A stretch of 64,000 bases of DNA from the NCBI GenBank assembly GCA_044376115.1, contig JBILLK010000022.1, positions 111,026 to 175,025 on the forward strand, read 5' to 3'. Each line of letters begins with the position of its first letter. Position 1 is the first letter of the stretch. The position numbers and the translations under genes are program-made. The DNA comes from Polyangiaceae bacterium. GTDB lineage: Bacteria; Myxococcota_A; Polyangia; Polyangiales; Polyangiaceae. Positions 45,910 to 55,015 of this stretch are shown one piece after another. The notes beneath the pieces are model-generated. The model was not told the origin of the DNA. It saw only the letters and a list, made by a program, of their open reading frames with translations, and searched no databases.

Positions 45910-48036
45910 TCACTCCCGGCGATTGCCCGACACAAGCTCGAGCTTGGACGGGATGCGGATGGTGTAGTTGGCCCGCAACTCGGCGCGGGCTGCGGGCGCG
46001 AGCTCGAGACGCCAAGCGTAGCCACCGCGAACTTCGCTCTCGCGGCTATGCGCACGGAGCGGCGTCCAGGCGGGCTTCACCTCTCCAACGTCCACTCGGA
46101 TTTGTTCTTCCTTCTCGAACGGCACCGGGACTCGTTCGCGCACCTCGAGCGTGCACGGCTGCGGCAAGTGGTTCTCGAGCTCGATCTTGATCTCGTGCGA
46201 CAACACCGCCGTGCCACCGATCAGCCCTTCACTCGATTCAGCGAAGCGGGTGTTTCGAACCACGCGAATGGCCTGCTCGACCCCGACCCCAACGTGCAGT
46301 TCGCCACGCGGTGGGACGGTCTCGATCTCGGTCGTTAGCAGGTAGTCCCAAGCGCCGGAGCCTGTGTACACATCACAGGGGCCGGCCAAGAGCGGGAAGT
46401 CGAACGGGTTCATCAGCTCGACACGGCGGAAGACATCGGTCGACTCGCGCGGCACCACGACGAACACGGTGCGACACGACCCCTCGGCCTGCAGTAGCGG
46501 CACCGAATGAAAACCGTCGTCACTCGGCACGCTGACCCGCGCTTCGCTCACGAGGCGGTGGTGAAAGCCCTGCTCCGCCTCTGGCGGGCGACAATGCGGG
46601 GCCGAGCGAGAATCAAGGTCGGACTGCTCGCGCCCCAGAGCAGCCTTGAGCGCCGCTTGCTGATCCAACGTCGGGTCCGCGATCTCCGCGAACAGCTCAG
46701 CGCGGCTTAGCAGCGCCAAACGGCCACGCTGCGCGCTCGGCAGCGGCATGCGCAACTCGTCGTAGGCGAGCAGTCGCGGGTCCACGACCTCGACCACCGT
46801 CTCGGGTAGCGAGGGTGCCTCTGGGCCACCGCCGTAGCCCTCAACATCACGTTCCTTCAGCATTCCGCTGGGTAAGCTCCGCGAGGGAGCATCGGCCCTC
46901 ATTCGCCGCTTGGCCGGAGGCGGAGCTCCCATTCCTTGAGGCGCAAAGGCCGGCGCCGCGTAGGCGGCAGGCGCCGAAGCGCGCACCGCAAAGCCCGGCT
47001 GCGAGAATGACGCCATTGACGGCGCCATCGACGGCGCGGCTCCAAGCATGTCGGAGAGATACCCAGCCTCCTCCGCCTCGGCCTCCGGTTCCGGCTCGGG
47101 CGGTGGTGGTGGTGGCGGCGGTGGCACAGGAGCGGCTGCACCGGCGGCTTGCTTGAAGCGCGCATAGTCGGCGAAGAGCTCGCTCGGATCCGCGGGAGCC
47201 CGCTTGATCGCACCTTCGCTCGCTTGGCGTCGTCCCACGCGCAAGCTGGTGAGCGCGCGCAACGGATGAAAGCCGCCAACATCTGCCGTCGAGACCGTCA
47301 GCGCGACGCTCGACCAATCCTCCCCGCTCGATTGGCGCACCATCGCGCGATGCTCGAGCGAGGCTCGTGACCGCGCGGGATCGACGCGTAGCGTGTAACA
47401 AGGGGCCCAGCCCGCCTGTTTGACGAAGTAGCTCAAGCTGAGCTCGCACTCGCTCGGCAACTCGGTGCTGCGCGCACGCAGGGTCACCTGTGCAACCTTG
47501 CACAGCTGGGCGAGCGCCTTGTGCTGCTTTTGTTGCAACGCGAACAGCACCGTTCGCGCTCGCGCACGTTCTCGCTGGAGCCGCGTGCGCTCGCTATAAA
47601 GCTCCTGCGCGTGCTCGGCCGAGAAGCGCGCCAGCGCCAATCGTGCGCCCACCTGCGTCGGCTTCGGCTCGTGAAGCGATGAGCCGTTTCGGGCGGAGAA
47701 GCGCAGGTTCGAGAGCAGCGTCGTGCTTCGCTCTAGCTCCGCGAGGTCGGCCTCGATCACGGCGAGCGCTCGCTTCGCGTCATCGATCGCCTGCGCCGAG
47801 GCCTCATCGGCCTGATTGTTCGTTGCCGGCTCGATGCTGACGCGCACCGAGGAGACGAAGAATCCCGCGGCTGGACGCACACGCACGCTACGGTCCAGCA
47901 GGCCGAGCGGCAGGCCTGTCAAACGGAGCACGCTCTCCTGGCGCGGCTCGCTCAGCAGCGCTTGCCGCTCCACCGTCGCGCCTCGTCGAAAGACGTGCAC
48001 CGCGCTGATACGCGAATCCAACGTTTGAGCGCTCAT
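45910..48036 (-). CDS. DUF4140/DUF4139 protein (long form)
   Basis: ISAVHVFRRGATVER, GWAPCY, VRQSSGEDWSSV, PLLAGP, RERVPV, ELVSGNRRE; ATG 48036 overlaps the upstream stop. Confidence 0.87.
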   Translation of the reverse strand: MSAQTLDSRISAVHVFRRGATVERQALLSEPRQESVLRLTGLPLGLLDRSVRVRPAAGFFVSSVRVSIEPATNNQADEASAQAIDDAKRALAVIEADLAELERSTTLLSNLRFSARNGSSLHEPKPTQVGARLALARFSAEHAQELYSERTRLQRERARARTVLFALQQKQHKALAQLCKVAQVTLRARSTELPSECELSLSYFVKQAGWAPCYTLRVDPARSRASLEHRAMVRQSSGEDWSSVALTVSTADVGGFHPLRALTSLRVGRRQASEGAIKRAPADPSELFADYARFKQAAGAAAPVPPPPPPPPPEPEPEAEAEEAGYLSDMLGAAPSMAPSMASFSQPGFAVRASAPAAYAAPAFAPQGMGAPPPAKRRMRADAPSRSLPSGMLKERDVEGYGGGPEAPSLPETVVEVVDPRLLAYDELRMPLPSAQRGRLALLSRAELFAEIADPTLDQQAALKAALGREQSDLDSRSAPHCRPPEAEQGFHHRLVSEARVSVPSDDGFHSVPLLQAEGSCRTVFVVVPRESTDVFRRVELMNPFDFPLLAGPCDVYTGSGAWDYLLTTEIETVPPRGELHVGVGVEQAIRVVRNTRFAESSEGLIGGTAVLSHEIKIELENHLPQPCTLEVRERVPVPFEKEEQIRVDVGEVKPAWTPLRAHSRESEVRGGYAWRLELAPAARAELRANYTIRIPSKLELVSGNRRE

Positions 48037-49292
48037 GATGCGCGAGCCGCCTTGTTCGACCCAAGCCAGGGATAACGCTTGGCGATCGAGTCCAGATCGA
48101 TCTCTTGAAGGAACGATGAGAAGGCGAAATGCAGCACGAGATCCTCCCAAGCACGCAACCACGTGGGCACAAACTTTGGCGCTACGACGAGGCCATCCTC
48201 ACGCAACGAAAGCAGCGCCGGTAGCTCCTCGAGCGCCAGCCGCCCGCACACGAGCACCTCGGGAAACGACCGGTCGCGCGCGCGAATTCCCAAGCGGAGC
48301 ACGTTGTAAACCTCGGCAAACCCGGCCAAGTAACAAGCGTCTTTGGTGAAGACCGAGCCCCCGCTGACGACCCCACCGCGGAAGACGCGCGCGACGTCCA
48401 TGAAGGCGGCTCTCGGCTCGACATCACGCTCGAGCAAGTAACGGTAGAGATCGAGAAAGTCCGCGCCTTGTTCGGCCTTGGCCACCAAGCGTACGCGTTC
48501 GATCAAACGACGCAGTCGTTCGATCGTCAGGGCCTTCGAGTACATTTCGCTGAACACCGCCAACCCTTCTTGCGTCCGCGTGGTGAGCGGGCCCCCCGAG
48601 TCGAGAAAATGCAGCGGCTGGTTGTCACCGTTCTGCGCAGTGAAGATGTGGGTCTCGACCTCGTGGTGGTAGAGCGAGCGCGCCTCCTCGGCGGAGAAGG
48701 TCGCGCCCTCACGGATGCGCAAGCGACGTTTGCCGGCGGTGACTTTGACCAAAAGCTCGTCGTCGATCACGATCTCGAGCTTGGGTCGAGGACTGCGTGC
48801 CGCTAGCCGCTGCTCGATGAAGGCCTTGAATTCGTGCGCATCGAGCGCCGATTCGCGTTCAGCATCGGCATTACCTTCGGCGTGTTCGATGCGTTCGGCG
48901 AGATGGTTGGCGAACTCGAGGTTGGTGGTGTCGTGGTCGAGCCAGGTCGAGCGGGCGCCGCCAAAGGCTTCCGCCGAGAGTTCGCCGAAGGCGCTGGTTC
49001 CAACGGCGAGCAGCATACGTGCGCCCATTCGTTGGGACTCGATGCGCAAGCGCAGCAAACGGCTGAGGGCGTCATCCTGGCCGAGCTCGGCCTCGAGCGT
49101 GTCGAGCTCGAGCAAGCGGCGCTCGGCGCGGTCGCGATCCACCTGGTAGCTCGGTCGCGGTAGCTGCGCGGCCTTGCGCGCGAAGAACTCGTCTTCCACC
49201 GCACGCGGCCAACTGATGGTGTCGAGCAGCGGCGTCACCCCCGACAGCACTCGGTCCGCCCTCTCCAATAGCTGCCTTTGCTCACTCTGCAC
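48033..49292 (-). CDS. DUF1704 / QEGLA-motif metallopeptidase-like protein
   Basis: HHEVETH (HExxxH), TRTQEGLAVFSE, RVFRGG and FTKDACY motifs. Confidence 0.88.
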   Translation of the reverse strand: MQSEQRQLLERADRVLSGVTPLLDTISWPRAVEDEFFARKAAQLPRPSYQVDRDRAERRLLELDTLEAELGQDDALSRLLRLRIESQRMGARMLLAVGTSAFGELSAEAFGGARSTWLDHDTTNLEFANHLAERIEHAEGNADAERESALDAHEFKAFIEQRLAARSPRPKLEIVIDDELLVKVTAGKRRLRIREGATFSAEEARSLYHHEVETHIFTAQNGDNQPLHFLDSGGPLTTRTQEGLAVFSEMYSKALTIERLRRLIERVRLVAKAEQGADFLDLYRYLLERDVEPRAAFMDVARVFRGGVVSGGSVFTKDACYLAGFAEVYNVLRLGIRARDRSFPEVLVCGRLALEELPALLSLREDGLVVAPKFVPTWLRAWEDLVLHFAFSSFLQEIDLDSIAKRYPWLGSNKAARAS

Positions 49293-49327
49293 CGGGCGAG
49301 TCTAGCCTGATCGCGTAAGCTGCGCCG

Positions 49328-50836
49328 ATGCTGAACGCCGTCGCCCACCGCTCCCTTGGTCCGCTGCTGTTCGGGCTCGTGCTCGGCTGTGCCGACCCAG
49401 GCCCGGAGGTCCGCGTCCCGCGTGCCGAAGCGACCGCGGCAGTGTCGATCGAGAGCGCAACGGTGGCGGCGCCCCAACCGCCGGCAAAGACCGCACAAGC
49501 GAAAGACCCTGCAAAACCTCGCGTGCTGCGGGACTTTGCGCCCGCCAACATCGCGGTTGAAAGCAACCTCGCAGCGCTGCCCGTCTCGCCCTTCGGCAAG
49601 GCCAGCGCGCAAGCCCCACTCAAGCTCAAGTGGGCCACCCAAGTGGGGCTGCTCACCTTTCGCAGCACCATGTTCATGAGTGGAGGCAAGCTCGTCGTGG
49701 GTACACACGGCAGTTCGCTGAGCGCTGCCAATGAGAGCAAAGACGGCGTGTACGTGCTCGAGGCCAGCAGCGGAAAAGTCGAGCGCATAATCGCGACGCC
49801 GGGCAAAGGGGATCTTGATGTGGGCGGCGTCGCCTTCGATCAAGGGGTCGTCTACTTCACCAGTGACTCGGGGCTGGTAACCGCCGCTACGCTCGACGGA
49901 ACCATCGTTTGGAAGACCGCGCTCGAGGGCAAAGTGCGCCCAGCTCCGGCCCTTGCGCGCACGCGCAGCGCGAGCGAGCTCGAGGTCGTCGTCGGCGACG
50001 AGCAAGGCCATTTGGTCAGCCTCGACGCGAAGACCGGCAGCAAGCTTTGGTCGATCGACACCGGCGAAAATGACTACGGCGCACGCGGCTTCATCGCAGC
50101 GGCAGCCATCGTCGACGTCGATGGGGACGGCCATGACGACATCGTGGCCGGAGCACGCGACGGCGTGCTCGCGGCCTACCGCGGGGTAGACGGCAAGCCC
50201 TTCTGGCGCGCCTCCGGCGGCTCTGGAATCCACGCCTCCCCGAGCGTGATCGACGTCAACGGCGACGGCAAACTCGAGATCCTCGCGGGCTGGTCCTATT
50301 CGGTGCTGGGCGTATTCGACGTCGCCCGCGGTAAACAAAATTGGGGCGCCTCCTTGAGCCTGCCCAGCGGCGGGATCGAAGGTCTTTTTTCTTCGCCGGT
50401 GCCGGTCCCGGGGGCCAGCAAAGGAGCAGGCTTCATCGCCATTGGCTCATCGTGGTGGGACAAAGAGGACGGCGTGACCATGCTCAGCGGTACGCGAGCG
50501 TCACGCAGCCAAGAAGGTCGCACGACCTCCAGCGCCGTCGTCACGGATCTGGACAACGACGGCGCGCTCGACGCCATCATGGTCAGCGAGGCGGGAGCGG
50601 TCTTGCAGTTCTCGAGCAAGCTCGAACGCCGGGAGCTCGCGCGCGTACCGGCCAAAGCCGAGGCCACGCCGATGTTGGCCGACGTCGATCAGAACGGCAC
50701 GTTCGAGCTGCTGGTGGTGGGCGGAGACGGCAAGCTGCGTTGCTTCGAGACCGGCTCCAAAGAAGCCCCCAAGGTCTCGCGCTTTCGCGGCGAGTCGACG
50801 CACAACCGCGGCGATCTAACGCACCTGGTACTTTGA
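49328..50836 (+). CDS. PQQ-like / FG-GAP beta-propeller lipoprotein
   Basis: Lipobox VLGC; DVDGDGHDDIV, DVNGDGKLEI, DLDNDGALD repeats; LDAKTG..LW blades. Confidence 0.85.
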   Translation: MLNAVAHRSLGPLLFGLVLGCADPGPEVRVPRAEATAAVSIESATVAAPQPPAKTAQAKDPAKPRVLRDFAPANIAVESNLAALPVSPFGKASAQAPLKLKWATQVGLLTFRSTMFMSGGKLVVGTHGSSLSAANESKDGVYVLEASSGKVERIIATPGKGDLDVGGVAFDQGVVYFTSDSGLVTAATLDGTIVWKTALEGKVRPAPALARTRSASELEVVVGDEQGHLVSLDAKTGSKLWSIDTGENDYGARGFIAAAAIVDVDGDGHDDIVAGARDGVLAAYRGVDGKPFWRASGGSGIHASPSVIDVNGDGKLEILAGWSYSVLGVFDVARGKQNWGASLSLPSGGIEGLFSSPVPVPGASKGAGFIAIGSSWWDKEDGVTMLSGTRASRSQEGRTTSSAVVTDLDNDGALDAIMVSEAGAVLQFSSKLERRELARVPAKAEATPMLADVDQNGTFELLVVGGDGKLRCFETGSKEAPKVSRFRGESTHNRGDLTHLVL

Positions 50837-50886
50837 GCTTACTTGCGGCGCTTGTTGCGATCCGCAGGCAACGCTAGAGCAGCGGG

Positions 50887-51564
50887 ATGAAGCGCTGGAT
50901 CGTGCTCTTTGATATCGACGGCACGCTGATCGACTGCGGCGGCGCTGGGCGTCGCGCGATCAATCAGGCGTTTTTACGCGCCTACGGCCGCGCCGATGCC
51001 TGCGACAACATCCGCTTTGGCGGCATGACGGATCACGCGATCGTGCGGGAGGCGTTCAACTTCATCGGGGTGGCGTACACGGTGCAGTCGGCCGAGGAGC
51101 TGCTCGCCCTCTATCTCGAGGAGTTGCGCGCGGATCTCGCGCAGAGCCAAAGCTTCCGCGTGCTTCCCGGAGCGCCGGAGGCCGTGCACGCTGCTCGCGC
51201 AGCAGGTCACGCGGTTGGGCTTGGAACCGGTAACGTGCGCGCGGGCGCCGAGGCGAAGTTGGCGCGCGGCGCGTTGTGGGAGCTGTTCGACTTTGGCGGC
51301 TTTGGTTGCGACGCTGAAGAGCGGCCGGCGTTGCTAGCCAAGGGTCTAGAGCGCGGCCGAGCCAAGCTGCCAGCCGATGTACGCGAGCGGACCTTGGTGA
51401 TCGGCGATACGCCCAAGGATGTGCGCGCTGCGAAGGCGATTGGCGCGGCGACGCTGGCCGTGGCCAGCGGCACCTTCTCGCGCGAGCAGCTCGCCGCCGA
51501 AGAGCCCGAGTGGCTCGTCGACAGCCTGCTCGACCGCCAAGTGGCCGAGCTCTTCGAGGCTTAA
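50887..51564 (+). CDS. HAD-superfamily hydrolase (phosphoglycolate phosphatase-like)
   Basis: LFDIDGTL, GTGN and VIGDTPKDV motifs. Confidence 0.92.
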   Translation: MKRWIVLFDIDGTLIDCGGAGRRAINQAFLRAYGRADACDNIRFGGMTDHAIVREAFNFIGVAYTVQSAEELLALYLEELRADLAQSQSFRVLPGAPEAVHAARAAGHAVGLGTGNVRAGAEAKLARGALWELFDFGGFGCDAEERPALLAKGLERGRAKLPADVRERTLVIGDTPKDVRAAKAIGAATLAVASGTFSREQLAAEEPEWLVDSLLDRQVAELFEA

Positions 51565-52910
51565 GGAAGGCGCTCGTCCGGAGCAGGGGGCTTCGGCGAA
51601 TCAACGCTGAACTCGCGCTCTGGCAACAGCCGCACGAGCGTTACGGCGCCGTCCTTCACGCGATAGAGCACGCGTAGTTCGGCTGCGCGCAGCCTTAGGT
51701 AGCCCGCTGCGTCGCCGAGCGCTTCCACACCGCGAGGCGCCGGGTTCAGCACGAGCTCCGCTAGCACCGCCAACACGGCCCGCCGCCGATCAAGCTCGAG
51801 CGCGAGCAAGTCTTCTTTGGCGCAGGGCAAGGCCTCCAAACTTTCAATCACCCCCTCACTGACTTTGCCAACGAAGACCCGCACACGCGGCTCATCGGCA
51901 TAGGTTCGCCAAGCTTCATCAGCCGTCTTCCGATCCGCTCGATGAAGCAGCTGCTCACTCAGCACCTGCACAACTTCGGTCGGAAACAACTCCTCGTCCT
52001 CACGCAGGCACGCGGCGGCAGCCTCGACGATTGCAAGCTGCTGCGCCCGGGTTTTCGGCGTCTTATCGGCGTGCGGCGAAAGCAGCGGCGCCCCAAGCGC
52101 GCGCCAAGCGCTGACCAACGACGGTCCATCGGCGAACCGTTCGCTCGGCTCCCGCGCCAGCGCCTTGCGAAAGAAAGCGTCACAGGGCGTGGCTTCGGCA
52201 ACCAAACTCGAAGTGAGCGGCGCCTCCAACTGCACCCGCCGCTCGAGCGTTTCCAGCGTCCCGCTGCCTTGATTGGGCACACGGCCGGTCAGCAACCAAA
52301 ACGCGATCGCGGCCATCGAATAAGCGTCGGTGTGAACGCTCACCGGGTGACCCTTGAGCCGTTCGGGAGCGGCGTAAGGCCACAAGCCCGACTGCCCTGC
52401 AAAGCCGCTCAAGGTCGGCGGTTCATAGAGCCCCAGCCCCAAGAGCTGCACCGCGCCCTCGCTCAGCCACAGGTTGCGCGGAGCGAGCCCACCGTGAAGT
52501 TGCCCGCTGGTGTGCAACAGCGCGAGCGCACCAAACATGCGGTCAATCAGCGACAAGGCCGCCACGAGCCGGTTGCGATCACGAAGCACCCGCTCGTCAC
52601 CGTGAACCAACTCGGCGAGCGTTTGCCCCCCTTCGGCGACCTCCAGCACGAGCACCCAGCCGGCCTCGTGCTCGAGCAGCCCCAGGCACGGGACCGCGCC
52701 GACCACGCGAGTGGCCACCACAACATGCAACCTCGCCAGCGCCTCCGAGGAGGGCTCGATGGGAAGCTCGTGCAGCAAACACGCTTTGTCGGTCTCGCGC
52801 TCCCGAGCCAGCCATACGGAACCAGAGGTTCCCGCCGCTCGCGGCGCCAGAATCAGAAAGCGCTCGGCAAACCAATCCCCGACCTTCACAACCAGCCCTT
52901 TCGCATCCAC
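51561..52910 (-). CDS. Ser/Thr pseudokinase with C-terminal RelE/ParE-like domain
   Basis: Kinase scaffold (YAAPE, TDAYS, RF) but CLLH, HGGLAPRN and LGLG replace VAIK, HRD and DFG; tail NPAPRG..L...GYLRLR...RVLYRV. Confidence 0.7.
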   Translation of the reverse strand: MDAKGLVVKVGDWFAERFLILAPRAAGTSGSVWLARERETDKACLLHELPIEPSSEALARLHVVVATRVVGAVPCLGLLEHEAGWVLVLEVAEGGQTLAELVHGDERVLRDRNRLVAALSLIDRMFGALALLHTSGQLHGGLAPRNLWLSEGAVQLLGLGLYEPPTLSGFAGQSGLWPYAAPERLKGHPVSVHTDAYSMAAIAFWLLTGRVPNQGSGTLETLERRVQLEAPLTSSLVAEATPCDAFFRKALAREPSERFADGPSLVSAWRALGAPLLSPHADKTPKTRAQQLAIVEAAAACLREDEELFPTEVVQVLSEQLLHRADRKTADEAWRTYADEPRVRVFVGKVSEGVIESLEALPCAKEDLLALELDRRRAVLAVLAELVLNPAPRGVEALGDAAGYLRLRAAELRVLYRVKDGAVTLVRLLPEREFSVDSPKPPAPDERLP

Positions 52911-53012
52911 TGACTGATGGTCAACCCGTTCACCGCCATGGATTTAATATGATCCAACTCGATTGACTGGTCGTTAATGGCTCTCAAGGCCTTCCTACTG
53001 ACTATTAATCAA
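52911..53012. promoter_or_regulatory. AT-rich divergent promoter region with three TGAC-N5-RTYA palindromes
   Basis: TGACTGATGGTCA 52911-52923, TGACTGGTCGTTA 52964-52976, TGACTATTAATCA 52999-53011. Confidence 0.55.
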
Positions 53013-53129
53013 TTAGAGGTTCACCAATTTGCCTGTATTGGACTTTTGCTCTGGTAACGGCGCTTTGCGCGCGGTTCACCCCTGGCCCTGGCCTTGCTTG
53101 TCCGAGCCGGTTCACGGAACGGAGAGTTT

Positions 53130-54035
53130 ATGTCCAAGCTTGCTACGCGTCTCACGGTCCTATCACTCCTTGCTGGCTGCAACGGCCTCACCGGCATTGG
53201 CAACCTCAGCATTGAAGGAGATAGTGGCACCGGAGACGACGGCTCCGGCTCAGGCAACCAAGAACCGGGCGATGGCAACGGCAACACCACCAGCGGGACC
53301 GGCAACGTTGGCAACAACGGCAGCGGGACCGGCAGCGGGACCGGCAGCGGGACCGGCAACGGCAGCGGGACCGGCAACGGTAACGGTGGTGCGACGACAG
53401 GCAACGGCAGCACCGGCGCCGGTAACTCACCCAATGGGGCTGGTGGTTCCTCCACCAACGGCAACGGAACCACGACCTCCGGAGCCGGGCCAACCACCTC
53501 GGGCCCCGATACGAGCACAGGCGACGGCGTGACCACGGGCGGCCCCTCGGCCTGCGAATACCCGCCCGGCCCTTACGGAAACACCGCCAACAAGACGCTC
53601 TCCCCCAACGAGAGTTGGAGCGGCTTCTCCCCTGGCGCTGGCTCTTCCTCCACCATCACGGTGGAAGATCTCTTCGACTGCGACGGCTCCAAGGGCATCA
53701 ACGCAGTGATCTTCACCACCGCGCAGACCAGCTGCGGACCTTGCCAACAAGAGGCCCAGTACGACATCGCGCCGAACCTCGCCTCGTGGAACAACCAAGG
53801 CATCGTCGTGGTCACGCTGATGTACGGCGGTGGAGCCTCGAGCTGGCGCAACTACTTCGACCTGCAGGATTCGTACGTCGTCGACGACAACGAGGGCACC
53901 TTCTTCACCGGCAGCGGCGACGCCACGCCCACCAACGTGATCTGGAACCCGCGCAACGGAAAGGTCGTCGAGTGGTGGCAAGGCTCAGGCGGGTTGGAAG
54001 CCGCTGAGCAGCTCGCAGCGCAGAACGCCAACTAA
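53130..54035 (+). CDS. Lipoprotein with Gly/Asn/Thr linker and thioredoxin-like (TlpA-like) CxxC domain
   Basis: GGAG RBS, lipobox LAGC, YPPGPYG, SCGPCQQE, TPTNVI. Confidence 0.8.
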   Translation: MSKLATRLTVLSLLAGCNGLTGIGNLSIEGDSGTGDDGSGSGNQEPGDGNGNTTSGTGNVGNNGSGTGSGTGSGTGNGSGTGNGNGGATTGNGSTGAGNSPNGAGGSSTNGNGTTTSGAGPTTSGPDTSTGDGVTTGGPSACEYPPGPYGNTANKTLSPNESWSGFSPGAGSSSTITVEDLFDCDGSKGINAVIFTTAQTSCGPCQQEAQYDIAPNLASWNNQGIVVVTLMYGGGASSWRNYFDLQDSYVVDDNEGTFFTGSGDATPTNVIWNPRNGKVVEWWQGSGGLEAAEQLAAQNAN

Positions 54036-54060
54036 CTTTCGACCGCGAAGGAGCACCAAG

Positions 54061-55008
54061 ATGGGACTTATCACCTTGCACAAGGCTGCCGCCTGTTTCA
54101 TCTCCCTCGCGCTGCTCGCGACCGCGAGCCTTGCTGAAGCGGCCCCCACCAGCCAGGAGAAGTCGCAAGCTGCGCAGGCTTACGCCAAAGGCAAGCGGCT
54201 GCTCGGGCAGAACAAACCGGATGAAGCCACGGCTTTGCTCGAGGAGGCCGTGAACCTCAACCCAGTCGGCAAGTATCGAGTCGAGTTGGCCAAAGCGCTG
54301 ATCGCCGCGGGCTCGCTCAAGGAAGCGCTCGGAACGCTCGACGGCATCGAAGATGACAGCGACAAAGCCGCGGCCAAAGCTGGAAAGAAGCTGCAAACGG
54401 AGCTCTCATCGCGGCTCCCGACGCTGGCCATCACGCTCTCCAACGACGTCGCGGATGTCGTCATTCGCATCGATGACGAGGAGATTGCGCCTGGTAAACC
54501 ACTCGCGTTGAACCCCGGCATGCACACGGTCGTGATCGAGCAAAACGGTGAATCCAAAGAGGAGCGCTCCGTCGTCCTACGCGAGAAGGACAAGCGCAAG
54601 CTCGTGATGGGCGCCAAGCTCACTGCAACGCCGACCACGCCGATCGAAGCGCCCGCCGAGAAGTCGTCGGGCGGAACCTGGTGGCCCGCCGCCATCGGTT
54701 ACGGCACCGGCGGTGTCGGCGTCGTGCTCGGCTCGACCTTCGGCTTCCTGGCCTTCCAAACCACCAACGACGTCGAGTTGAGCTGCAACGCGGGCCAGTG
54801 TCCGCAGGACTCGGCCGCCTCGATCGATGCCGCGATAACCTACGGCAACGTCTCCACCGGCATGTTCGTAACGGCCGGAGCAGCCCTCGCTGCGGGCGTG
54901 ATCCTCACCTTCACGCACGGCCTTTCATCCTCGGAAGACGGCAAGCCCGAGGTCGCCCTACGCTCGTCGGTTGGGCCAGGCGGCGTCGGCATCGCGATCG
55001 ACTACTGA
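54061..55008 (+). CDS. Exported TPR/PEGA-like protein
   Basis: AAGGAG RBS, signal peptide, TPR helices, LNPGMHTV PEGA-like segment, C-terminal hydrophobic pair around C-x4-C. Confidence 0.75.
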   Translation: MGLITLHKAAACFISLALLATASLAEAAPTSQEKSQAAQAYAKGKRLLGQNKPDEATALLEEAVNLNPVGKYRVELAKALIAAGSLKEALGTLDGIEDDSDKAAAKAGKKLQTELSSRLPTLAITLSNDVADVVIRIDDEEIAPGKPLALNPGMHTVVIEQNGESKEERSVVLREKDKRKLVMGAKLTATPTTPIEAPAEKSSGGTWWPAAIGYGTGGVGVVLGSTFGFLAFQTTNDVELSCNAGQCPQDSAASIDAAITYGNVSTGMFVTAGAALAAGVILTFTHGLSSSEDGKPEVALRSSVGPGGVGIAIDY

Positions 55009-55015
55009 ACGTCGC

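Noticed and set aside
53270..53410. GGCAGCGGGACC/GGCAAC short repeats as a distinct element
   Set aside because: Ordinary Gly/Ser/Thr/Asn low-complexity linker of a lipoprotein.
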